A DNA stretch of 45,940 nt from Paraglomus brasilianum (Eukaryota). The stretch is taken from positions 1-45,940 of the forward strand of contig CAJVPI010000175.1 of NCBI GenBank assembly GCA_910592345.1, given 5' to 3'. The notes under the pieces are model-generated. The model made no database searches, was not told the DNA's origin, and was given only the letters and a program-made list of their open reading frames with translations. Of the stretch, positions 1-13,854 are shown in pieces. Both the position numbers and the translations under genes were made by a program. The stretch's first letter is position 1. Every line of letters begins with the position of its first letter.

Positions 1-85
1 ACTAAGTCCCATGCTTGGGATTGAACAAAGGTTGCATTTAGAGAGGGATTGCACTTATGGGGGTTGCATTTATGGAGTGTCACTG
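1..85. mobile_element. One end of a Tc1/mariner-pogo-like MITE (cut off by the window edge)
   Basis: Ends in ...GGAGTGTCACTG followed by TA (86-87). The reverse complement reads TA-CAGTGACACTCCATAAATGCAACC, with repeated AARTGCA subterminal motifs like the complete element at 12395-12532. Confidence 0.55.
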
Positions 86-1465
86 TAGTTCGTGATTATG
101 TAATAAATAGACAATTGTTACGTGACAATTCACATAATAATCATTTTGCATTGTTTTAAGGCGCGACCAAACATCTCGTGAATAAGAGCCCCCTTATATG
201 GGCCCTTATATACGGTAATTAAGGTATGGCGTTTCAATAGATAATATCATGCAATTTTATTGGTTAATAAATTCTATCAGGGACGTTTGATGTTTCGACC
301 TTTCTACTGATTCATCTAAGCGCAGAAGTTTATTGCGCATGTATCTAATATCATTTTCTGTTGCAAATTCTCTTTGTTCTAAAAATTCTTGACCGTAGCT
401 TCTCTTCCTACCTTTATGGATATCTCCTTCACTTAAATTTCATATCTGTTTGTGTCTGTTGTAAGACACCTTCAGTCGGAAGAATTTTTTCGATGAGTAA
501 TGGTTTAACACTAATGAGACTGACAATTGGTAATTTGATTTTTGAACTTGGAAATTGTTGTCTTTTATTTATTTTTTGACTTAATGTATGGCCTGATTTA
601 CGGCCTGATTTATGTCTCGACGTTGAATTTATGGCCTGACTTTTTACTGTATCGAGAATCGTGACTAACCAAATGAAACAAATAATCAACATATTCTATC
701 ACAAATATTCATATATAGAGATGACATGATTTATTGTGATACATATTATAGCACTTTTCAAAATAGTATGATCATCATCAAAAAAAAAATTGAAAACGAA
801 AACAATTTCAGCCAATAAAATCAGTTATAATCGCTTCATAATCAGTTATAATCGCTGGTGTAACAACCCAACAAACTTTCTTTTCTTGCCTTGCGCTAAG
901 TAAAGAGGTAAAGTTGTATTAAGTAGGCGTCTTCTACTCTTCAGAAAGGTTTAGTAATCACTGGCTCGCAGAAGTTTTCACGAAGTTTTCACCTGTTTTC
1001 ACGTTGTAATCGTTGTTTTCGCGAAAAAAGTTGTGACCAAATGTTGTGTGACTGCAGAATTTTGAAAAGAGCGATAATAATATATTAATATGGTTAATAA
1101 CCCCCCCCCGTGTATAGCACCCTGCAGTTTAGGCCGGAAAAAATGCAAATCAGATATTCTATTGAAATAAGAATATTATTTATTACTGTATTAATTAACA
1201 TCGATATTGATATATGGACAACACGTACGAGTTTATACACTCTCTCACTTGCTTTGGTTCAATATCGAGCCTTCTCTCAGTGTCGCAGATAGAATGATAA
1301 TGATAATAGTAATAAATGACAACAAGTTTTTCTCTTGCTGACCACGTCTCGTAGGTTTGTTAGCGCGAATCATAATGAGCTACAGCACGTGAATCCGTTA
1401 TGTATTACGCAGCTTTTATTATAGTATGTGTTACATAAACACTATGGGTGTACCATACCGAATAC

Positions 1466-1531
1466 CCACTGAGTAAAGTACCCCTCAAAAAAAAGTGAAA
1501 TATAAAATACCCGGGGTACTTTAGTCAGTGG
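1466..1531. repeat. Inverted repeat / miniature MITE-like hairpin
   Basis: CCACTGAGTAAAGTACCCC (1466-1484) pairs with GGGGTACTTTAGTCAGTGG (1513-1531), 18/19 complementary, across a 28-nt A-rich spacer. Confidence 0.7.
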
Positions 1532-1710
1532 TATATTATGGAAGTAGTCATGTTATTATTAGTATCTGATAACGGCGAGTCAACTAGTCTGTAACCAAGC
1601 GGTTTGATTTCAATTGTTTGGCTTCAGTAATTTTAAATTTTCCGCTTGTAATCTAATAGATGTCTTGCAAATTCATTCGACTGTGTTATAAAACCAGACG
1701 GACTATGTAT

Positions 1711-1876
1711 CTGAAGTCTAAGGACTGGGATGCTAAGGTCCTGAGATACCGAGGTACTGAGGTACGGAGATGCCGAGATGCTGAGGTGCTGAGATGTTGA
1801 GATGCCGAGATGCCGAGGTACTGAGATGCTGAAGTGCTGAGATGCTGCTGAGTGCTGAGGTGCCGAGATACTGAGA
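1711..1876. repeat. Degenerate 8-bp minisatellite (consensus CTGAGATG/CCGAGGTA)
   Basis: About 20 tandem 8-nt units, e.g. CTGAGATA CCGAGGTA CTGAGGTA CGGAGATG CCGAGATG CTGAGGTG CTGAGATG. Confidence 0.85.
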
Positions 1877-4082
1877 AAGTTTTGTTTTCCTTATATAGAT
1901 GTGATCGATATAATATACCATATATGGTAATCGATTCGTCTCAATTCAGGTACTCAGATTCGCAGGTTTGCAGATTTTGTCACTTTTACTTTTATACTGG
2001 GGTACACCGTAGTTTAGGTTCAAAGTGGCTTATCTTGTAAATTCTTACGATCAAGTACGATTTACAGTCTGGATTTGTTGCTTCCCACATTACGATTTGT
2101 AAGAATCGATAATTACCAAATTTCCCAATATTATGTGATGCAGAATCGTTGGTATTAGGTAATAGCAAGTACAAATATACTTTCATTAGGGTAATTAATT
2201 TAGGACAAGGAGAACAGATTCTAAATGTCGTGTCAATACTTCCGACTCGTGACATTGATTATGCGTAAACGTTTGCAATGATGTCCCACCATAAATAAAC
2301 CTGGCTATTCAATCACCAATTAATTAGGTCAATTATCTCTTAGTCGAATATCTTCTCTCTGCATACGACAGACGTGTTATTCGGGAAGTCCATACTCTAC
2401 ATTCATTTGATGACTAACAAAAAGAGAGCTTTAGTATATGAATTTGACCTGATTTTTTATACCACCATGTATAGTAATGTAAACACTGCAGATATGATGT
2501 CCGGTTTTGAATTATAAAATGCGTTAGTAATTTTAGCGAAGTAGTAGTTGTAACATAAATAAGCATTGTGATTTTTTTTTCAAAGCATTTAATTGTTTTG
2601 CGAGAATTATCCTTATAATATATTTATAAGAAATTAGACACACATGCTTTACTTATTTTTGCGAGAAAATCGCTTTGTAGACAATTTACAACAAAACTTT
2701 CGGTCAAATAACACAAAATTTTACAAATATGCTCCTCATATTGTAACAAGCGTCTTACTTATTGCTACTTACGAGCACATTCTATTGCCTTTATTATTGT
2801 CATTTTATTTGTTCGTATGTAAATCCCGTCACTGTGTAAATCCCGCTTGGGGTCCCTATATGTAAATCCGGAATTTACATACAACATATTCAATCTTGGC
2901 GGCATACTATAAATCAAATTAACACAATTATTTCACAAAAGACCTCTGATTAATTAAGACTGGCTATTTGACCAAGATAACTACGTTTATTAAAAAAGTT
3001 TGGGCTGATGTAGACATATTGAGTATCGTTCGCTCATAGTGGTTATAATTTTGCGATGTTGGTCAATCCAATGTTATTTTAGTAAAAGAAAAAAACAAAA
3101 GTGTAGACAAATAGAACTTAATCGCGCAAACTACAAAATAATGTGACCGAGTTTTTTTGTCGATACAAAGATAGAGTGTGCAAATTGTGTTATTTGATTA
3201 GACGCGTATTTTGCAAAAAAAAAAAATTAAAATAAAAATAGTGCTATTGATTTCAAACCATTTTTTCGCACACTATCCGTGTTACCATATTAGTTAATGT
3301 GTTGGCAAATTTTATAATAACCTTAAATGCACATATCTTATTGTTATTTAATTCAAAACGCGTCGAGCAAAAGTTTACGTTTGTAGCTTATTCGGCGGTT
3401 TACTTTTTATCTAAAGTAAAGCATTCACTCTGACGAGCGTTACATACATTATATTATTTCATAATATTATACTTTCTGAAAACACGTATTGCAGAGTGTT
3501 GTAAACGAGTTGTAGTGCAGAAACCAGCCATTAATACTATTTTCTTTACATATTACATCCTGGAAAAATAATGGCGGCATTGTAAGTAATGTTGTTTACG
3601 ATAACAAATTCTAAATTCACAAAAATTCTCAGTTTTTGCAATAGCTTGACACAAAAATCGGATAATACTAGTAGAGGTGATTCGCGAGTAGTTTTTAAGG
3701 GCCAAGTTAATAATACCGACTGTCGGATTCTAAGGCTACTTAATATAGAATCTCGTTTGACTTGTGTGATTTGTTGGTTTCGCATACCATTCACTCTATG
3801 TTACAGAATAGATTACGGGACGTGATTCCGTGTGAAATTTCAACTTCCAGAACACTTCCGCTTTCGTTAGGTGAAGGCGCATTCCATCATGTTACACCAT
3901 ATAGTAAACAACAACAATAATAATAAAAGAATGGGCGTATGATTTGTTTCACAAATCAAACCTACTTTTTGAGTGATTGGCCACTATCTCATCTACGCCC
4001 AACATACTTATGTCACCCCAACAATATAATCTTATCTCAACAGTCTCAACTATCCCTTTCATTTCCCCCAACCTTGTTCACC

Positions 4083-4723
4083 ATGACTGCCCTAAGGAGT
4101 ATCGTTTTCTTTCTCATACTGTCTTGCGCTTTGACTAATGCTAATGTCATAGACAAAAGTAAAGTATTCATCAACGAAGCTGTTTCGTATCTTGGTGAAG
4201 CTCTTTCACCCCCGGTAATTCAAACGGAAACAATCACCGACTGCGGAAGGTCGTCCGATATTCTCCAGATACACTATATAGACATACGACCAGATCCTCC
4301 GCAGAAGGGACAAGAGCTGACGATTGATGCGGCTGGATTTTTGACCGAAGTTGTGGACCAGGGGAGCTACGTTGACGTTATGGTGAAGCTTGGATTGATT
4401 AAGCTGTTGCAGAGACGATATGATTTGTGCGATGAGGTGACCAAAGTCGACAAGCAATGCCCTCTCGAAGGATATCAGACTTTACATCATTCGTTAGAGT
4501 TGCCTAAAGAGATTCCTCCTGTACGTATAAAATAAATTGGTATCGGTCGCGCGCACTGGGATCTAGGTTATCTTCATCACCTGTTTACGAGATCGATATT
4601 AATCGCTTGATATTTTATTATTCTGTGATGTAATAGGGTAGGTATATCGTCGACGTCAACGCATACACGCCCGATCACCGAAAAATTGGTTGCTTGAAAG
4701 TAATAGTTACTTTCCGTCCTTGA
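4083..4723 (+). CDS. NPC2: ML-domain (NPC2 / PG-PI transfer protein) secreted lipid-binding protein; 2 exons (4083-4520, 4637-4723)
   Basis: Signal peptide MTALRSIVFFLILSCALTNA. ML motifs DCG...IDIRPDPPQKGQELTI, VKLGLIKLL..YDLC and CPL...LPKEIPP|GRYIVDVNAYTPD..IGCL, joined in frame across a GT-AG intron. Confidence 0.92.
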
Positions 4724-5270
4724 TTTGGACGCTTATAAAGATGGGCTTATTATTGATGAGCATCTCTGTAATCGACTTTCGATAGTCACCAAATATGTTG
4801 TACTGTAATGTGGTACAAATGTTCCAATGACTTTGATGCGTTGGATTTATTACGTAATAAACTCAAGCATTCTACTAACCTTGTTAATTCTAATTCGTTC
4901 ATCATGCATGAATTCATAAAGTGTTTGCGTCATCTGGAAACGGACGTATTGGGGGTTTATACCGCATACATTCAGAGTAAGGATGTTTTTTAGAGTACTT
5001 TTGCTTTTGCAAATCATAAACGTTACGCAAGACTGAGCATCGCGACCTTAGTTACGAGACACGATTCTCGAAAAAAAAAAAGGGGTTTAAATTTATGCAC
5101 ATTGTCAGTGCTTACTTATTGTGCAGTACAAATACGGAAGCGGAGTAGAAATAAGAATGCGTCAATTCGGATTGAGAAAAGTCGCTTCTAGTGCATGGAA
5201 ATATAGCACGAAGGATTTTCATCATTTATTTTAATATATTCACTTAAAGTCATTCAGTCGATCCATGTAA

Positions 5271-6769
5271 CTAGAAATCAAGCAACCATTTACGATAATA
5301 AATACACTTTCGGGGAGTTATCAAACCCTCATCCGTGCAATCGTTAAACACCTAGATGGAAACAAATTTCAAGCGTTAGGATCCAGACTTGACAGAGTAT
5401 GATTCATCGAGCATGCTCACCGGACATTTTCCACATGGCGTATCAGTCCACGGATTACCACCACCTCGTCTATCCTTCACAGCCTTGTATACAATCTCGG
5501 GCTCATCATCGTCGACATCGTTCAAATCCATCGCGGCTGCTCCCGAGTCGGATATCCTTCGTTCAATCTTACCATCAAATATTAGTAGATCAAGGAGACT
5601 GTTGATATGATCGAGCGAGAGGTCAACTGTGGTCAGTTTGCTTTCTTCAATAAAGCGGTGAATTTGGACCGCACTTACAAAACCACCACGAGAAGCTGGA
5701 AAGACTGTGTAAGCATCTTTTCGAGGAAAGCTCTGCCAGGTTTTGGTAAATGAGGAAGAGATATCAATTAGGACAATTTAAATTGGCAGTCTACAAGTGG
5801 AAATATGTCATTGTGCATTACCTACCCTTGAATATATGAACTTGTGTATGGCTTTTGTGAGTGTCTCGACAAAGTCTGTATCCAACTCTTGATCAGTGAA
5901 CCAAGGACCACCAGATACCTCTGCTGAAGGTGTCAATTCATAGAGCATATATATCTTACGAGTTGGAGCCTATACAATAATCGAGCACGATAAATTCAGT
6001 TGTCAGATTGCCAAGGCTGCCGACAATTTGTTATTCATGTCCGATGTTCCTAATTTTTGTGCTTGGCTCACCTTGACTGATTTAATGGCTTTTATAAGCT
6101 GTTTCGATTCAAGATTCTTTAGACTTCGCGTTATGACTGTCTGATGAAGATTCGTCTTGGTCTTTAAATTGCGTGTCCATATTCCTAAACGTAATATAAA
6201 TGGTGATGAATATGTAACCAAACTTTTAGATGATATTAACAGTATATAGCCCTTAGATACCTTCATTCCCAGCAGCTTTGATTGTATTATATACTAACCT
6301 ATCATCTTCATCTAAGTCGTTTATCCTAAACTTTATTTATTAGTCAAACAATGACAGTCGGACAATATTTTACCGGACGTTCCGCGCTCTTACTTTTTTC
6401 TATCAGAAGCTGTCACCGCATTATACGTTAATTTGCCATCTTTATCTGAACGCATCTCAATGAGGCCCTGTAGACACAGCATATGGATTAGTCTTGTGTA
6501 TTCTATTTGGAAATCAATCGGTTACAAACTTGCTTGGGTACCTTTCGTGACAGGCTGTTGATAATTTTTGCCACATTTTCGACAGGAATTTCACAGTTCT
6601 TGGCAATTGACGAGCCTTCGCTGCCCTAAGAACGGTTGGTTACGGATTAGCTTGGTGCTCGATATACGGGCGAAACAAACAGAGCAATAGTCGAATACAC
6701 TAATAATACTTTGGGTTTTCCGTTAATGTATTGATATACTTTGAGCTCCAATTCAGACAATCCTCCCAT
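5271..6769 (-). CDS. RPC34: RNA polymerase III subunit C34 (RPC6/POLR3F), multi-exon
   Basis: Starts MGGLSELELKVYQYINGKPK. Contains GIWTRNLKTKTNLHQTVITRSLKNLESKQLIK and LTPSAEVSGGPWFTDQELD. The C-terminal Cys cluster TPCGKCP|VFNDC...ITPRKCIYYRKWL is the Fe-S-binding tail. Stop at 5271-5273. Confidence 0.93.
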
Positions 6770-7439
6770 ACTGGATACCGATCTTTGGTATTTGGACAAG
6801 TGTCATCCAGTTCGATGACGTTTGACTTGGTGGCTTTGACGTTGATAATCAGTGGAGAAAGCGCAGTATTTTCGGGCGAACATCGGTATTTCCTTTGTGT
6901 GGTAGGTGTTACAGAGGTTAAATTTGGTTTAGTTACGTAAGGATATTCAATCTTACTTCCATTTATGAAAAATTTATCAGGCTTTATTGACCGAATGCTG
7001 GTCGGGATATATTCCGATATGTCTCCCCCCTATTCGGGAAAACATGATCCCGAAAATCCCGATCCAATACTGTAGATATTTTGACTATGAATGGGAAATA
7101 AACAAACGCACATAATCGCATAAACTGAATATTTGATACAGCATATCTTGTAGGGATTTCCGACATTGTTAAAGTAATTTCTTTATTAGAGACATGTATT
7201 TTGTTTTCCATAATCAATTAATTTCAACCATGTGTTACACGATTAGGCTTTTGACAACTGATACGCGTATCGTTGAGCCGATGTTCCTGATATAACGAAT
7301 AAGTATAAAAGCAGCCGTGTTGTCACGACATTCACTGCAGTTGTAACGCAACTAAAAGTTCATTAGCGTCAAAAGAAAAGAAGAAAAAAAAGGAGAGGAA
7401 AAATAAATAAATTAATCTTAATTCAAATAGCATCATATC

Positions 7440-10400
7440 ATGGCGTCCTATAAACAAGAAATAGAAGAACCCAGCACAGCACACAGTTCAAACAGTTCCG
7501 AAACCACAACAATCGAATTATCAAATGATAATACAGGAAAACTTGATTTCGAAGCAGCCGACAAAATAATGACCCAATTACATGACGAAAAGGATCCCAA
7601 GAAAACACCCACCAGTGACTCTGTCGAAAGCCTGGCGATAACACAGTTGTTCCGTTTTGCTGATAAATATGACCTTATCCTAATAACTTTCGGCTCAATA
7701 GGTGCCGCCGCAAACGGTGCTGCTCTACCTCTCATGACTATCATATTTGGAAACATTATCAACGCATTCCTTACATTCGCATATACCGCCCAAAGCGATC
7801 GTGAACATCTCGAAAGTGCAAAGCAAACAATGACGCACGAAATAAACCGAAACCTTGTTCTCTTTTTAATTCTTGGTGCTTCGGTAGTGGTTCTGGCATA
7901 TTGTCAGATGGCGTTCTGGATGCTTTCTGGAGAAAGACAAGCAAAGCGTATTCGTAACCTATATTACGCCGCAATCATGAGACAAGATATTTCGTGGTTT
8001 GATAAAATCTCAACTGGTGATGTAACAAGCCGTATTTCTGGCGACGTTACAATTCTCCAAGAGGGTATTTCTGAGAAAGTGGGATCGATTATTCAGTATA
8101 CTTCTACGTTTATCTCTGGATTTATTATTGCATTTACAAAAGGTAAATAGTGTGTTTGTACTCAAAATTCAGGTGATCTGTCCACGTGAGACATACTAAC
8201 CAGTTAATTTTACGTGTTTTCCTTGTAGGATGGAAATTATCTCTAGTATTATGCAGTGTCTTCCCTCTTCTTGCCGTATCTGGTTTTGTCATGGCCAAAG
8301 CAATGGCACGCTCGACAGTGGCAGGACAAGGTATGTTGTATCCTAATTGTATTTTTGTATCTCGAATCAAATATCATATATATATATATATATATAGGGA
8401 TAAATTGTCTGATCACCCAAATTTTTGAAAAGTATTGCTAATAATAAATTTATTATCTAGACGCTTACGCGGCGGCCGGCGCAGTTGCAGAACAAGTTAT
8501 CTCTGGAATAAGAACTGTAACCGCATTTGGGGGACAACAACGTGAGCTAAATCGATATATCGCACGATTGAATGATGCGTACAAGGCCGGCAAGAAGAAG
8601 GCATTGGTCAGCGGTCTTGGTTTGGGTGCGATGATGGGTATAATCTTTGCAGCATACGCGCTTGGATTCTGGTATGGTGGTCGCTTGGTTGCGTCCTCTG
8701 AAGCAAATGGAGGAGAAGTACTGAATGTATTTTTCGCCATTATTATCGGTGCATTCTCACTTGGTAAGATCTAAATTAGGACTGGAAATGGAATTGGCTC
8801 ATTTTATTCTTCTTGTTTCTAAATATAATTTCTCTCTTTAACAGGTAACGCGTCTCCGAGCTTCTCTTCGGTCGGTAATGCTCTGGGTGCAGCAGCAAAT
8901 CTATTCGCTGTGATTGATCGCGTTCCTACAATAGACGTCACCAGCCCAAGTGGCAAGAAACTCGACAAAAGTTCTGTCAAAGGCAGCATTGAATTCAAGA
9001 ATGTCACATTTTATTATCCACAACGACCTGACGTACTAGTCCTAAAGGATTTCAGTTTGACCATTGAAGCCGGAGAAACAGTTGCCCTTGTCGGTAGTTC
9101 CGGGAGCGGTAAAAGTACAATTGTCGGTTTGTTGGAGCGATACTATGATCCGAACAACGGTACAGTGTATCTTGATGGGGAAGACTTGAAGAAAATTAAT
9201 CTGAAATCAATGAGAACACAAATCGGACTCGTCGGTCAAGAGCCCGTACTTTTCCCAGAGAGTATCGCTCAGAATGTCAAATGGGGTGCTGACCCAGACC
9301 ATACACCAACTATTGAAGAAGTCATTCAAGCATGCAAGAAAGCTAATGCTCACGAGTTCATTGATGAATTACCAAATCAATACGATACACTTGTTGGTGA
9401 GAAAGGCGCCTTATTGTCTGGCGGTCAAAAGCAAAGGTAAATGGCGGATAAACGATGATTGAAGAGAGTACTCTACATGGTGTAATAGCAATTTGCCATC
9501 ATGCATTTTTCAACTGCTAACAAGTATAATAATGTCTTTTTTAGAATCGCAATTGCGCGAGCTTTGATCAAAGATCCTAAAATCCTTCTTCTCGATGAAG
9601 CCACCTCAGCACTTGATACAGATTCTGAACGTCTCGTACAAGAAGCCCTCGATGCAGCCTCGCACAACAGAACCACCGTTGTCATTGCTCATCGTCTCTC
9701 CACAATCAAGAATGCAGACAAGATCGTTGTTATGTCCAAGGGTGAAATTCTCGAAATTGGCAAGCATGATGAACTCATTGCTCGTCAAGGTGCTTATTAC
9801 AGCCTAGTCAAAGCACAAGAATTGAAAACTAAAGGCACAACTGAGATTGATGGCGACGAGAAGGATGATGACAGCTCTTCTGCTACAGCTAGTCAATCTG
9901 AGGAAGCTATTACCATTTATGACGAAAAAAGACCCAAGGCTTTCATGCGTCGTATGTCTACCAAGGCATCCGTAACGAAATCGGTTAAAACAATTGACGA
10001 CATTAAAAAAGAAGAAGAAGCGGTTTTAAAAGACGAAAAAACTCCTTTGGCTCGCGTATTTAAGCTCAGTAGTCCGGAATGGCCTTACCTTGTTCTTGGC
10101 GCTTTAGGTTCTGCTGTCAACGGAGCTATTATGCCGCTTTTTGCATTGGTCTTCACCCAGATTCTTGATGTCTTCTCAAAAATTGGTGATCCCGATGGTA
10201 TTCGCAGGGATTCTGCGTTCTGGGCTGGCATGTTTGTTGTCTTATCTGCTGTCGCTTTTCTTGCTAATTGTGCACAAGCAGGCCTCTTCACATTTACCGG
10301 TGAACGTCTCACTAGAAGACTTCGTGCCATGACATTTGCTGCTCTTTTAAAACAAGAAATAGGATTCTTTGATGAAGAAGATAATAACACTGGTGCATTG

Positions 10401-11890
10401 ACGTCTAAACTCGCCACAGATGCGTCGAGAGTCGATGGTTTAGCTGGTAGCTTAATGGGTACTATTCTTCAAACAGTTTCAAACGTTCTTACTGGGTTGA
10501 TTATCGCGTTTGCAAACGGTTGGAAGATGACTTTGGTTGTGCTGGCTGGAAGTCCAATTATTGCTATTGGTGGTTTCTTGGAATTGAAAGCACTTGCTGG
10601 GTTCGGCGCTAAGACGCGTAAAGCATACGAACAGTCTGGACAGGTTGTGCAACAAAGTGTATCTAACATAAGAACCATTGCTGCCCTGTCTCGTGAGGAA
10701 ACCTTCAAGCAGCTGTATCATGAAGCCATTGTTAAACCTCATAAGATTGCTGTTAGGGGAGAATTAATTGCCGCTATTGGATTTGGTGCCTCTCAAGGAC
10801 TTGTATATTATGTTTGGTCACTTGCCTTCTGGTAAGTATTTGATTATTGGTAACATTAATATATAATTTCATAGATCAACGAACTGACAGATGTTTGACT
10901 ATTGATTTTCTTACCAGGTATGGATCACAATTAGTTAAAAACGAAGAATATACCGTTAAACAAATGAATATTGTGTTGTTCTCGGTCATCTTCATGGCTA
11001 TGGCTCTTGGGCAAATGAGTACATTTGCTCCAAATAGTGCCAAGGCTAAGCTCGCAGCCATATCGATTTTCCGACTCGTTGACCGTAAATCTGCAATTGA
11101 TCCTAGCCTTGTTGACGAGAATAGGATTCGTCCTGCTCCAGTGACCGGTGAAGCTCAAGTTCGCAACGCAGTTTTTAATTATCCAGCACGACCGGGAGTA
11201 CCCATCTTACGTGGATTGGATATGGTAGCGCATTCTGGAAAAACAGTTGCCCTGGTTGGTCCATCGGGATCCGGAAAGTCGTCTACTATTGCATTATTGT
11301 TAAGATTCTACGATGTAATATCTGGAGCTGTGAATATTGAACGACACGACGTGAAAGAATGGAATCTCGAATATTTGCGCTCTAATATGGCACTCGTTGG
11401 TCAGGAACCCGTACTTTTCGACTTGACTATTGGAGAGAATATAGCGTACGGCAAGGAAGGTTGTTCGCAGGAGGAAATTGAAACAGCAGCAAAAGGAGCC
11501 AATATCCACAACTTTATTACATCGTTGCCTGACGGATACGATACGAGCACAGGTGAACGCGGTACACAGCTTTCGGGCGGACAGAAGCAGCGTATTGCGA
11601 TTGCGCGTGCACTCATTCGAAATCCTAAAGTTCTTCTTCTTGATGAAGCCACATCAGCTCTAGATTCCGAGTCTGAAAGCGTAGTACAACATGCGCTTGA
11701 CGCTGCCTCTAAGGGACGCACTACAATTACAATTGCACATAGATTATCTACAATTCAGGGTGCTGATTTGATTCTTGTGATTAAGAAGGGCAAAGTAGTT
11801 GAACAAGGAAAGCATCTTGAACTAATAGAACAGAAAGGATTATATCACGATTTAGTAAATAAGCAAACGTTAATGAAAAAGCAAGGTTAA
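7440..11890 (+). CDS. Full-length ABCB (MDR/P-glycoprotein-type) ABC transporter, about 1319 aa; exons 7440-8142, 8229-8330, 8461-8763, 8845-9436, 9545-10831, 10918-11890
   Basis: TMD-NBD-TMD-NBD layout. Walker [10 protein letters not shown] and GPSGSGKSS; signature [15 protein letters not shown] twice; Walker [12 protein letters not shown] twice. Exon lengths sum to 3960 nt (in frame). Confidence 0.96.
8376..8396. repeat. (AT)n microsatellite in ABCB intron 2
   Basis: About 10 AT units. Confidence 0.8.
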
Positions 11891-12394
11891 ATGATTACGA
11901 CAATACTTTAAATTGAATAGACTTTCAAATATAGATAATGGTGTACACGAAAGGTAGAGTTTATACGGATGTTATATATTCCGTATTGTAATAAATAATT
12001 GGTAATTATTTAATACCAGACAAAAAAAAGCCTTACATACAGGAAATGTACCATACATTCAAATGAATATACTCAGAAATACTGTAGATAAATCCTTTAG
12101 CCCTCCCTCACGTCTGACTTGAAATGGACTAGATCATCGCACCTTGCCAAAAATCTTAAAATGACATATTTGAACTCAACTGATAATATTCCAAATATTA
12201 ATTCTACCTTTCCTGAGGGCACTAATCATATTTAAATTTTCGCCCGCATTAACACGATCTAGAAAAGAAAACAAGGGTTTGATAAATTTCGATAATAATA
12301 AGTAATAGATCTAAATAATTCTTCCTTTCAATAGGGTTCACGCACTCTGTGCAAGCAAAAAGTAAATTCACGTGGAATTGCCGTTTAGAATATA

Positions 12395-12532
12395 CAGTGG
12401 ACTCTAAGTGCAGCTTCTCTAAGTGCCTAAATGCAGGCTCTGGTTTGGTCCCGAGATTATAAGACCATTAAGTATTTCACTCTATAAATGCAGGTTGTGT
12501 CATATGGTCCCGTCGGTAGGGAGAGTCCACTG
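12395..12532. mobile_element. Tc1/mariner-pogo-like MITE (138 bp)
   Basis: Perfect 11-bp TIRs CAGTGGACTCT / AGAGTCCACTG, with TA on both sides (12393-4, 12533-4). Internal AARTGCAG and TGGTCCC repeats. Confidence 0.85.
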
Positions 12533-13854
12533 TAATCTGCTTTTTAATGAATTTTTATGACAAATAGCAGGCAAATTTCGCACGTTAACATTAAGGGATG
12601 AATGTAATACATTAATAATCTGTCCCCTACATATGCATGCGCGAAGGAATATTCCCGCGCGCCCCTGACCAGAGTCCGTGACACTATTGATGATCCGAGT
12701 GTTCGGTAATCATTCTACCAACCGGAAAAATACTATCAAAAAAAAAAAATTTGCTGCAACAAAAGCTGAAAGCAATTCCACTCCCTGTTTATATTGACCA
12801 TGGCATTACAGCTGCTTTCAGGTATTTGACAAGCTTTATGGAATCTTCGATCGTGCATCAAGATCTGTTTTGGTATCCAAGCAGGAAGATATCGACATTC
12901 TTTGGCGACAAGAATTTTTTGGTAAAAATACTCTCTCGCGGAGCGAACCACTCTGGGCTTTCAGCTACGAGAAAAGTAAGAAAGGTAATAAGAGGCAAAG
13001 TGGTTACACTTGATATTTTTCAAACGCTTGATTTTTTCTGCACTATATTTACCACACATTACAAGTATTATACATCTATCTTTATTAAGTTGGCTGGAAC
13101 CGTCATGATATCATTAACATACGGTGTAATCCATTCAACAAGTTGGCGAACAATTTAACAAGAACAACATCAAAATCCAACTTGCTTTCTGAGCTTGCAG
13201 AGACAATTGCAAATGATTATGACTCCCGGGATTAAAAAATAGCTCATCAAACCGATCGGCCATACCCCTCAGTCAATATATAAGTGCTCAGAATTATCCT
13301 CCTTTTACTTCTTCACCGAAGCCCTCATCCCTTGTAGCAACATACAATGTTTAGTGCATATTAAATTTATGATCACGTGTCTTACGTTATAAACTACTAG
13401 TGAGATGTAAGGTTATACTGTAATTATGCTTTATATATTGATATTATTTCGCCTGTCACTAAGGTAACTAGGCAATAAAAGGATATTAAACGAGCAATAT
13501 ATCTAACAAATAAAGAATGGCAGCAGTGTTGCCAGTCAACGATCGATCGCCTTTTCCTACTTCAATTAAGGAATTATATCGTTCATTGTTCGCTCCGTTG
13601 GGCTATTGCTAAAACAAATATCATCCGTATTATTCTTTTCTTGGCCAAAGCAATTACCAGCACTTACGATATGATAAGAAATACAATCAAATCTGGTTAT
13701 AGTACCTTTTTATCAATTATACTGATAACGGCAAATTCTATTTTATTATCATTAAATTAAAAGTGCATCTATTTGTCGAAGCTCACAGTTTAATCTACGG
13801 CGGTCTTGCAACTCGATGTGGGTGACGGCGGTCTTGCAAGTCACAGTATTCAAG

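Noticed and set aside
1711..1876. CRISPR-like array
   Set aside because: Tandem 8-mers with no unique spacers, no cas genes, and a eukaryotic context.
3939..4082. Upstream in-frame ATG extending NPC2 by 48 aa
   Set aside because: The signal peptide begins at ATG 4083, and the extension looks like pyrimidine-rich 5'UTR.
12736..13340. Short ORFs (135 and 71 aa) right of the ABC transporter
   Set aside because: No recognisable motifs or consistent frame; at most an unidentifiable decayed sequence.
13600..13700. Minus-strand IVSAGNCF, resembling the trypsin-like AGHC motif
   Set aside because: The catalytic His is absent and no other protease motif lies nearby.
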